DNA of 64,000 nt, taken from contig NC_087436.1 of assembly GCF_036321535.1 (NCBI RefSeq), positions 43,464,001-43,528,000 on the forward strand, read 5' to 3'. Source of the DNA: Camelus dromedarius (Eukaryota). Below, in pieces: positions 54,025-64,000 of the stretch. The position numbers were made by a program, and so were the translations under genes. The notes under the pieces were generated by a model that was given only the letters and a program-made list of their open reading frames with translations, had not been told where the DNA came from and searched no databases. Position 1 is the stretch's first letter, and each line of letters opens with the position of its first letter.

Positions 54025-55265
54025 TAGACAAATTAAAAGCATAATGAGATATTACTTCATGCCTGTTAGAATGGTTATCATCAAAAAGATAAGAGACAAC
54101 AAATGCTGGTGTGGATGCAGAGAAAAGGGAATGGTTGTACACTGTTGGTGGGAATGTAAATTGATGCAGCCACTATGGAAAACAGAAAGGAGGATACTCC
54201 AAAAATTAAAAATAGAACTATCTATGATCCTGCAATCCCACTTCTGCCCCACTTCCGCGAATATAACCAAAGGAAACAAAAACACTAACTCTAAAAGGTA
54301 TCTGCACACTTTTGTTCACTGTAGCATTATTTACAATAGCCAAGACATGGAAACAACCTAAGTGTCCATCAACAGATGACTGGATAAAGAAGAGGTGATA
54401 TGTTTATACAATGGAATACTATTCAGCCATAAAAAACAACAACATAACACCATTTGCAGCAACATGGATGTCCCTGGAGAATGTCATTCTAAGTGAAGTA
54501 AGCCAGAAAGAGAAAGAAAAATACCATATGAGATCGCTCATATGTGGAATCTAAAAAACAAAAACAAAAACAAACAAACAAAGCATAAATACAAAACAGA
54601 ATAGACTCACAGACATAGAATACAAACTTGTGGTTGCCAAGGCGGCGGGGGGTGGGAAGAGATAGACTGGGATTTCAAAATTGTAGAATAGATAAAAGCA
54701 GTTGTGGTATAAATATATACAATGAAATATTATTCAACCATAAAAAATGAGGATTTGTGACAAGACAGATGGACCTTGAAGGCACTATGCTAAGTGAAAT
54801 AAATTGACTGAGAAAGTCAAATACTGTATGATCTCTTTCATATGTGGAATTATTAAAAAAAAAAAAAAAACCTCATAGAAAAAGAGATTAGATTTCTGGA
54901 TACCGGACGTGGAGGGTGTGGGGAGGAGGAATTGGAGGAAGGTGGTCAAAAGATAGAAACTTCCAGTTACAAAATAAACAAGTACTAGGGATATAATATA
55001 CAACATGATGACTATAGCTAATACTGCTGAATGTCATATAGGAAAATTACTGAGAAAGCAAATTATAAGAGCTCTTATCATACAAGGAGAGTTTTATTCC
55101 TTTTTTCTTCTTTATTTTCTTTTTATTGTATCTATATGAGAATTTGGATTTTAGTTGAACCTATTGTGGTAATCATTTCACAATACATGTAAATCAAACC
55201 ATTATACTGTATGACTTAAATTTACACAGTGATGTATTTATTTCTCAGTAAAATGGGAAAAAGAT
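54025..55265 (+). mobile_element. Composite LINE-1: older L1 3' end carrying a younger L1 segment (about 54340-54695)
   Basis: ORF2 C-terminal homology (ORF 54017-54361). The ORF2-end block 'tatacaatggaatac...ccataaaa...tggatg...ctaagtgaa...catatgtggaat' occurs twice in tandem, followed by two different 3' UTRs. Confidence 0.85.
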
Positions 55266-55848
55266 TTTTTAAAATAAATAATTAAATATGAAAAATCATT
55301 TTAACTTACCATCCTTTTGTTTTTTACACCAGGATTTATCTAATTATCTTTGGGGTCGTTAAAAGAGAGGTGTGACTAAAGTGTTTCACAACTGGAAGAA
55401 TCATTATTTTTAAATCCGTCCTGAATTTCAGAGATCATTTCCTTTTGGTTTGAACCAAATTCCAAGAATTTGGGCGTTTCATTATATTCCTTTCCAAATT
55501 CTTCATCCCTCTCTATTCCAATATCTAAAATATCTTAACAACATAACAAAAGTGACCAATTCTTTTTTTTTACAGTTGTACTCAAGAGATTACTTAATAT
55601 TAATATTTTGGTTCCATTTTGTTCAAATTTCAGCGCTTGGCCCTTTGGAGTGTTTAAACATTCTAATTTTAGAGCAGTCATGAACTTTTTTTTTTACTTA
55701 ATATCTAATTCGTATTTGCAAAAGATGGTCTTGTTTTCTTCTCAAAAATATCTTGTTCCTGTTATTTTCCCCCAACTTCATGTGTTACTGGAGCTTGCTA
55801 TTGTTGGGTTTTATTGGCCCGATGCTCATTTAAAACAATATAGCAACA

Positions 55849-56522
55849 CTCTTTCTCTTCCGGTCCCAGGCGATTCAGGATCTCCTGGCTCCAGTGCAGA
55901 CACGGCCATGTAGAAGAATCACACCACACACAACCAGTCCTGAAAATGGCACAGAAACAGCATCAAAAAAACCCTGATCACAACGATACGAATCTCGTAA
56001 GGGGGTGGACCCCAAGTTCCTGAAGAACATGCACTTTGCCAAGAAGTACAAGAAGGGCCTGAAGAAGATGCAGGCCAACAACGCCAAGGCCACGAGTGCA
56101 CGTGCTGAGGCTGTCAGGGCTCTCGTAAAGCCCAAGGAGGTCAAGCCCAAGATCCCAGAGGACAGCAGCCGCAGGCTCAGTCGACTTGCCTACATTGCTC
56201 ACCCCAAGCTCGGTGAACGTGCTCCTGCCCGCATCACCAAGGGTCTCAGGCTCTGTCGGCCAAAGGACAAGGACAAGACTCAGACCAAGGCCACGGCTTC
56301 AGCTGCAGTTCCAGCTCTGGCTCTGGCTCCAGCTCAGGCTCCCAAAGGCACCCAGGCCCCTACAAAGTCTCCAGAGTAGAGGCTTTCATCTACTGATGTG
56401 AGGATAGAAGGACTAGTATGACCCCTGGGCTGCTGTCTGCATGGGGCTCATGTCTACCTGTGCTGTTTGTACAAATAAACCTGAGGCAAGATCTGTTCAG
56501 TCAAAAAAAAAAAAATATATAT
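55849..56522 (+). pseudogene. RPL29 (pseudogene): Processed pseudogene of 60S ribosomal protein L29 (eL29)
   Basis: Intronless; translates to KNHTTHNQS*KWHRN...[21 protein letters not shown]...[13 protein letters not shown]...AYIAHPKLG. Has a 5' TOP leader 'ctctttctcttcc', AATAAA 56474-79, poly(A) and TSD atatagcaaca (55838-48 / 56523-33). Lesions are start ATG>ACG (55902), stops at 55911, 55941 and 55975, and a +1 frameshift in the A-run 55965-71. Confidence 0.97.
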
Positions 56523-57087
56523 ATATAGCAACAATCCGCTTAATAATCAGCCTCATTCCAAAAGTAATTTCATACTACAGAGTTTAACATTTTAGTTAGT
56601 GATTTAAGGACCCACAACACACATTTCCAACTAGAGCAATTGTTTTAGCATTTTATTTGGAAAGGCAAAGAAGCAACAATATTAAAGACATTTAAAAAAA
56701 CTCTTTGCTATCTTCTACAGCAATTATTTAAAGTGTTGGAATATAAATAAATAAAATTTCACTGATGTCTAGTTTAGTGCTACGTGTTAAGTGAGATGGC
56801 TTTGAATCCAGTGCTATTAAATGCCAAAATACAAAACTGTTAAAAATAGAATAACATGTCCACTAGCTTATACTGATAAATGAAACTGCACCTCTGTTTT
56901 GGAAGTACATAGCTTGTGACATTTAAATCTATGTCTTTCTAATAATACATTTAAGATATTATTTGCTTTGTAGTTAGAAAAATAATTGTAGCATTACATG
57001 AGACTGTTTTTTCCTTTTTTAAAGGAATGTTAAAAACAACTTATACTAGAAAAAGAGGAGACAGCCCAAAATAAGAACGCTGTTTCC

Positions 57088-57385
57088 CTCACAGACATAG
57101 AAAACAAACTTCCAGTTACCAGGAGGGGAAGGGGGTGGGAAGGGATAAATTGCAAGTTTGAGATTTGCAGATACTAAATAATACATATAAAGTAGATAAA
57201 CAGCAAGTTCATACTGTATAGCACAGGGAACTATATTCAATATCTTGTAGTAACCTATGGTGAAAAAGAATATGAAAACGAATATATGTATGTTCATGTA
57301 AGTCTGAAGCATTATGCTGTACACCAGAAACTGACACAACATTGTAAACTGATTTCAATAAAAATACATATATCCAAAAAAAAAA
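57088..57385 (+). mobile_element. 5'-truncated LINE-1 3' UTR (camelid/artiodactyl type)
   Basis: 'cacagacatagaaaacaaactt...ctgtatagcacagggaactatattcaatatcttgtagtaacc...acattgtaaactga' plus an A tail. Confidence 0.88.
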
Positions 57386-57723
57386 CCACTCTGTTCCCTT
57401 TGCTACCACATTTTGAGTTTTGATAGGTTGGTGTCAGTGACAATGAATATTAGATAGCTATTTTTAATTATAGCTTTTTTTCTAGGGTTTGGCTATACCT
57501 GATTAAAATGCAACATTGATATTGAACTGTCTGAATTGATTAGTGTATTAAGTCAGCATCAAACTTCAAGATCTTCTTTTTGATACTCTAAGTAAACTCT
57601 TTGTGAAATCTGCGCAAAATAAGTGACCCACCCCATTTCTGACTCTGTGACACAGGCTGAGTCATCTTTGCAACTATCTCAAGTAACCCTAAGCAAAACT
57701 ACATTATTCAATGTGCACTTTAG

Positions 57724-58790
57724 TGTTGTGAGATAATAGGAAAAAAAAAATATATATATATATCTGTTTCTGCCACTGGTTCCTGGCACAGAGCTCCTAA
57801 AACTCATGTAAATAGTAAGAGTACTAGGAGCATCTTCTGTTTCAATATTTGATCTTTGAGCCCAGTTCCTGACATAGAGCTGGAGTTTCCTGTGTGATCT
57901 CAGTGCCTTTTGTTCTAATGAGGTGATTCTTAGTGAGATCCTGGATGGGGGCTGGTCACCAGAAAGATAAAGCCTTAATTAGAAATTTGTTATTTTCAGC
58001 CTCATTCCCAATTCTCCAGGGAAGGGAGAGGGACTGGAAATGGAGTTAATGATGAATCATACTACTTGATGAAATTGCCAAAAAAATCCCAGAAGTAGTG
58101 GGTTTGGAGAGCCTCGGGGAGGGTGAACACATGGAGATGCTGAGAGAGTAGCACGCTAGGAGAGAAGATAGAAACTCGTCTCCCCTTCCCACATATCTTG
58201 CCCTATGCATCTCTTCCATCTGGATGTTCATCTGTATTCTTTATCATATTCTTTTGTAACAAACCAGGAAACAGTAAGTAAACTGTTTTCCAGGTTCTAT
58301 GGGCCCGCCTAGCAAATTAATAGAATGCAGAAGAGGGAGTCATGGGAACCTCCAACTTATAGTTTGCCGGTCAGAAACACCAGTAACAACCTGGGCTTGC
58401 CATTGACATCAGAAGGGTGGAGGCAGTCTTGAGCCCTTAATGTGTGGGATCTGACATTATCTCCAGATAAATATTGTCAAAACTGAGTTAAATTGTAGGA
58501 CACTTGGGGGGTTGGGGGATATATCTCAGTGGTATAGTGCATGCTTACCATGTACGAGGTCCTGGGTTCAATTCCCAGTACCTCTGTTAAAAGTAAATAA
58601 ATATAAATAAATGAATAAATAAATAAACCAAATTAACCCTCTCCCCAGAGAAAAAAGAAAAAAGAAAAAAACTTTAAAAAAAATTGTAGAACACCCTGCT
58701 TGGGGCGAGGGGTGGGAGGAGGTCACAAATTTGGTGTCCAGAAGTATCAGGTGAAGTGTTCTGGGTGAGTAGTAAAGGGGAGACACAGAG
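57724..58790 (+). mobile_element. MER21-like ERV LTR interrupted by a SINE
   Basis: 'ggttcctggcacagagctcctaaaac...ggatgggggctggtcaccagaaaga...ccacatatcttgccctatgcatctcttccatctgg...tgtgggatctgac'. The 3' boundary is approximate. Confidence 0.8.
58506..58680 (+). mobile_element. tRNA-Ala-derived camelid SINE (Vic-1-like) nested in MER21-like LTR
   Basis: 'ctcagtggtatagtgcatgcttaccatgtacgaggtcctgggttcaattcccagtacctc' plus a (TAAA)n/A tail. TSD aaattgtaggacac (58490-503) / aaattgtagaacac (58681-94). Confidence 0.9.
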
Positions 58791-59314
58791 AAGTGAGTTG
58801 CTCCTACTCAAATGTCCTTAATTCAAGTCCTCTTTTGCTTCTTTGTATCAGTTTACACAGAGCAGTATTTGAGAACATTACTAAAGTTCAAAGTTTGCCA
58901 ACATAAATCCTGATTGGGCTAAGTCAGTTGAGAAAGATTTCACAGTTGGGGAATATTCTTTGTCAACTATTCTATCACTTTATGGCTCACAGGGATAATA
59001 AAGAACCTGATCGCAGTACTGAATGTGGCATACTGAGCAGACGTAGAACCCTTGGACTCCATGAAAAAGAGGATTGAAAGACCAACCACTCAAGAAAATT
59101 ACAGGTCAGTAGATGGATAACTCAAGTGCAACCCAATAGAGATCTACCCAAAAATTGCTTACTCTCCTCAAAAATTGCAAAGGTAAGAACCAGCCTTCCC
59201 TCTGTAACTGTCCAGTTTAAAGGGAATCGAGGGTTCTAGAGATTAGTATATTGAGGCACTCCCAAGATCATTTAGAGCAGCCCTACAACTTCATTAATTA
59301 ACAATAATTGAACT

Positions 59315-59480
59315 ACAAGGACCTTAAAAACCATCCAGTCCTATGTCTTCATTTAACAACTCAGGAAACTGAGGCCCAAAGATGTTGGTTAGGTGTTCAA
59401 GGCCACAAGATTAAGCACCACTGGGGGCTGGAAGTAGCAATCCCAGTCTTCTGACTTCCAGACCAGAGTTCTGTTCCCTC
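59315..59480 (-). mobile_element. MIR SINE
   Basis: 'cttcatttaacaactcaggaaactgaggcccaaagatg...caaggccaca...cccagtcttctgacttccagaccagag'. Confidence 0.7.
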
Positions 59481-62400
59481 TGCTGCCTGTCAGATGATGG
59501 TCCCCAGGCAGGTGTATTCAAGGACAAATGAATGAGAGCTGAATTGCTGTGAGTTATAACCACTATACACAGGAGATCATGCTGTTTGACATTCTGAAAG
59601 GAACAAGTAATAAATTTTTCTAAGTTGCCGTGGTAACAAACTTAAATACAGGAACAAATAGAGGAAGATGCAAAAACGTGGAACTGTATTTAAATTCACT
59701 CTTAAAAACCTGATAAAAACTATAGAAATGGTATTTCATATTTCTCAAAATATCTTTACTTAACTCTGTATCAGAGTATATAATAGCGACTATAAAAAGA
59801 TTGAAAGAAAACCTAATGCAGAAAATTTTCTCATGAGAAAATATACTTAGAATTATTCATTTGGACTAGTCACCATTAAAAACACTCTGATAACATGATG
59901 AATTTAAATAAATAAGAGTCTCTGAATGTTTCTTAACGAGATAGACCTGAGCTATAGAAGCCAAAGTTTCGATTTAAGGTTGGATTTTAAATGTAAAATT
60001 TAACAATTTTATATTTAGCGTTTAAGGCAATATCAAGCAGAAAGGGAAGGAGGGTGGAAAGGAGAATTCTTGATTCTTAAGTATGTGTGTGCAATAAGGT
60101 GTAGCCAGAATTAAAGCAAGTCTACAGAGTAAACATGACAATTCAATTAAATAAGAACAGAACAGACCATTTTTGGTGGCAGTATAAAAATCTACACACA
60201 CTGTATCTACGAGGAACTTAAGCAAATAAATGGCTTCTCTTTGCCAGTCTGCACGTTATTTATAACAATGTGGTAAATCCTTCTAAAAAGCCAAGAGAAT
60301 TTAAGATTTCAATGCCGAAATTGTTATTCATAGTTGAAAATAATATATATAATTTTTAGTAATCAAAAATCCTTGAAGATTGTTTTATTTTGTTCAGATT
60401 TTAAAAGCACAGATCTTCATAAAAATATATCTTGTCTCTTTAGCATTACATTCTCTATCCACTGTCATGTGTCTGATATTCTGGAGACATTTATTATTTC
60501 TTAGCTAATTGCTTTTCTTTTCTTTTTTTGGATTAAAAATTTTTTCCACTGTACATTTTTAAAATTTACATATATGTGCTATTCATTGTTTCTAAAAAGA
60601 GTTTAGCTAATTGCTTTTTGATAGAGAAACACATTGTGCTTGGCTGTGGGAAGGGGAATATTTATATCGACAGTTCCCATTCAGATGTCATAAGACCATG
60701 CCTCATACCTGACACCATCTCAGGAGTTGCTGCCTGCACAGAATGTATTTTATAAATATTCGTGAAAAGAAAAATGAGCTGAATCTCCTCAATATTAGGA
60801 ATGCAGATTTACTTTGGGTCATATAAAAGATTTAGTGGGTATTGTATACCATAATCAGAGGTAGCATTGTGTGAGGAACAACATTCTGGGCTTGGAAGTG
60901 GGAGATGTGAGTTCTAAACCTAGCTTTGCCACTAACCAGCCAGGTGGAGAACCTTCACTTCCATAGCACTTAAAGTAAGATCACTGGACTGAATGGTCTG
61001 TAAGAGTCCTTTCCAGTAGACATAAAATTCTATAATTTTATTATTCCCCTCTAAAGTATAATAAATTATATTAATATCTGCATAAGGAAAAACTATAGGC
61101 ATACTGACAGCGTCATTAACTAAAATGATATTTATTCTTATCTAGACAAATAATTTTTTCATTATGATGTTCAATTTTCATTACTGGCAGACATTTTAGT
61201 GCATTTAAAGTTCAGTTTTGCATTTCCTAACTAGAACTTTAGTTTGGCTGCACTTAGCTACATTTGCAAGCCTTAGCAAGACATTTAATATGATTAAAGC
61301 AAACAAAGGATTATTCCCTATTACAGAAGTATGAACAAAATGCTGGTTTATTAATTTTCTACTTGTTATTTTGTGCTAAGAGAATTCTATCTTGTAATAC
61401 GCCTATTTCATTTGTCTTAGGAAAAATAAAAAGATATTAAAAGCTGTATGCATCTCAAATTGTTAGGATTTAGGTGCATTAAAAATAATTCACTATATAT
61501 TAAAATTAGTTACATTAATTATTTTTATTGGCTTTCATAAAATAAACTAATTGTTTTATTTCCTCACCTGAAAGGTTGGATTTCAACCAACGTTAATGCC
61601 AATGAGTGAGCTAATGTTAAGTGTTCTATTTATTTAAAAATATCATTTTTTTTTAAAAGCATAGTTAATACTTATAAAGAAAAATATCTGTGATAAAGAA
61701 ATGTAACCTGACTAAAGCTAATGGAATTATAAACTACAGTTCTGTAGAGCTGCTACAAGTCTTCACTGTCACCTATAAATTCATTTACTCTAGAAGATGT
61801 ATCTGCCAATTTTCAATATGGAACTAAGGCCAGAGGACATTCCTAATATGCATATCCCAGTATACTAATAAATGTCTCATAAGCTAAGAAAAGTTCCACT
61901 TTAGTCAATCCAAAAAGTATTTGCGTGTAGAAAATGATAAATATTTATTAAATACAAATTAGAAGAAAATAGAAATTCAATAGCAAGCTTAAGTAATGGG
62001 GAAGTCAATTAAAGCAGAGGATACTGCCACCCCTGATTAGCAGTATAATAGACTTAAATAATGATGCAGAAATGATGATAAGCAAACACTAATCCCAGTC
62101 CCAGAAGTAGCCAAATAAATAATAGCCAAGTAAACAACAGGTAGGAATATAGGAAAATAAACTGCCATGGAAAAACTGTAACAATTTTTCAAAAACAGAA
62201 AGTAATCAGCATGAATATTGAAAATAAAAAAATTAAAGGACACAAAAAACCAATTTGTAATCCAAAACCAATAATTCTATTAGCATGCCAAACAACATAA
62301 ATCTAAAATGCAAAGCACTAAGAAGATAGCAGAGAATATCATTAGTATTACTGTCACGCTTTTTTATTTTATTTGTTAGAATGTGGCATAATCTTCAGAT

Positions 62401-62499
62401 TAAGAGATTTTGAGACAGAATGTAAATAGTGTCATCAATTTATGCCCTGCAGAATCCTTTGGGAACAACAGCACAAATAATTCAAATTATTGTATTTTG

Positions 62500-63225
62500 A
62501 TGGAAAACAGAATGGAGATTCCTCAAAAAACTAAAAATAGACTTACCATATGATACAGCAATCCCACTCCCAGGGATATATCCAGAGGGAACTCAAATTC
62601 GAAAACATATATGCACCCCAGTGTTCATAGCAGCACTATATACAATAGCTAAAACATGGAAACAACCTAAATGTCCATCAATAGATGACTGGATAAAGAA
62701 ATTGTGATATGTTTATACAATGGAATACTACTCAGCCATAAAAATGAATAAAATAATGCCATTTGCTGCATCATGGATGGACCTGGAGATGGTCATTCTA
62801 AGTGAAGTAAGCCAGAAAGAGAAAGAAAAATGCCACAGGATATCACTCATATGCGAAATCTAAAAAAAGAAAAAAGAAGATACTAATGAACTCACCTATA
62901 AAACAGAAACAGACTCGCAGACATAGTAAACAATCTTATGGTAACCAAGGGGTAAGGGGGTGAGAAGAGATAAATTTGGAGTTCGAGATTTGCAAATATT
63001 AATTACTATATATAAAAATAGATAAAAACAAATTTCTTTTGTATAGCACAAGGAACTATATTCAATATCTTGCGATAACCTTTAATGAAAAAAAATATGA
63101 AAATGAATATATGTATGTATATGTATGACTAGGACATTATGTTGTACACCAGAGATTGACACATTGTAACTGAATATGCTTCAATTAAAAAAATTTTTTA
63201 AATGAAATTAAAAAAGGAAAAAACC
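62500..63225 (+). mobile_element. 5'-truncated LINE-1 with perfect 17-bp TSD
   Basis: ORF2 end plus camelid-type 3' UTR. TSD caaattattgtattttg at 62483-99 and 63226-42. Confidence 0.94.
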
Positions 63226-64000
63226 CAAATTATTGTATTTTGCAAACTATACTCCCTCACATATGTTCCTATGAAGTTATAATGATTGTAGGTTTTGTCA
63301 TTAAATCAGGCCTGGGTTCCAATTTAAATATCACTTTTAGCTGTCTAAACTTGAGCAAATTATTTGATCGCTGTTCCTTATAATGTACATTTCAAAGTGC
63401 ATATTAATAATATTCCCTCAAAGATTAGATGTAGGGATGTAAAATTACATCCACAAAATGTCTAGCACATAAAAAGCATCTGGTTCATAAAAGGCCCAAG
63501 TCTACTAGCTTGTAGTTACTTGGCAAAATAGCCATGTCTTACAATAAATTATATCCTTAAGCAGAATGCCTCATATATAATATTTTATAAATAATCTTTA
63601 ACATGCAAATGAGACTCAAGTCATTAAAAAGTCTCCTATTTCCAGGAAAGAAATCTGCTCAAGAAAGTTTCTCAGCTTAACTCTGTTAGTGAGGTGTGCA
63701 CTCAACTCATCTGCAGTCCAGGGCTGCCTAATCCAACCAAAGCAAAACTGATGAAAATGACCCTCTTCGTCAATTAAATAGTCTTTTATCAAATTGATTC
63801 CACTTACTAATGAAATAAAGCAACAAACAGACTATAAATCTTTAGACGTGAACATAGAAGTGAGGTAGTGAGCATTAAAAGCTCTTAGTGGAATGGTCTG
63901 AACACTAGTAGTGTTCAAATTAAAAGGCACAAGTAGATAGATTTCAGCCATAAAATATGATGGACTTGTCTTTCAATAAACCATTTCTAAGAATTAAGTA

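Noticed and set aside
56005..56379. 124-aa ORF as a functional RPL29 gene
   Set aside because: It begins at an internal GTG. The true start is mutated and the upstream codons carry stops and a frameshift; retrocopy hallmarks are present.
2440..62243. Remaining 60-142 aa ORFs in the six-frame track
   Set aside because: None has recognisable homology. Many start at non-ATG codons or run through microsatellites and repeats, and their number and length fit chance in non-coding DNA.

Overview
This is an AT-rich mammalian genomic window, most likely camelid (alpaca/camel lineage). The assignment rests on four tRNA-Ala-derived Vic-1-like SINEs and artiodactyl-type L1 3' ends, with no BovB/Bov-tA, PRE-1, CAN or Alu elements seen. 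No intact protein-coding gene is visible. The only clear gene-derived feature is a full-length processed RPL29 pseudogene (55849-56522, +) with TOP leader, poly(A), TSD and several disabling lesions. The rest is interspersed repeats (L1, L2, L3/CR1, MIR, MER5, MER63, MLT1, MER21-like, ERV solo LTRs, microsatellites) plus unique sequence. The L1 strand bias, a small CpG-retaining promoter-like patch near 34 kb and several splice-signal-flanked segments suggest the window lies in the 5' non-coding introns of an unidentified minus-strand gene; this is inference. The most notable structures are an inverted pair of same-family solo LTRs 3.2 kb apart, a 112-bp dispersed duplication, a template-switch palindrome, an in-register young-L1-in-old-L1 patch, a poly(A)-only insertion, two near-identical CTCF motifs and a promoter-competent-looking LTR followed by a splice donor. 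I do not see convincing evidence of a new biological system. Repeat family names come from recalled consensus resemblance, not from a database search.
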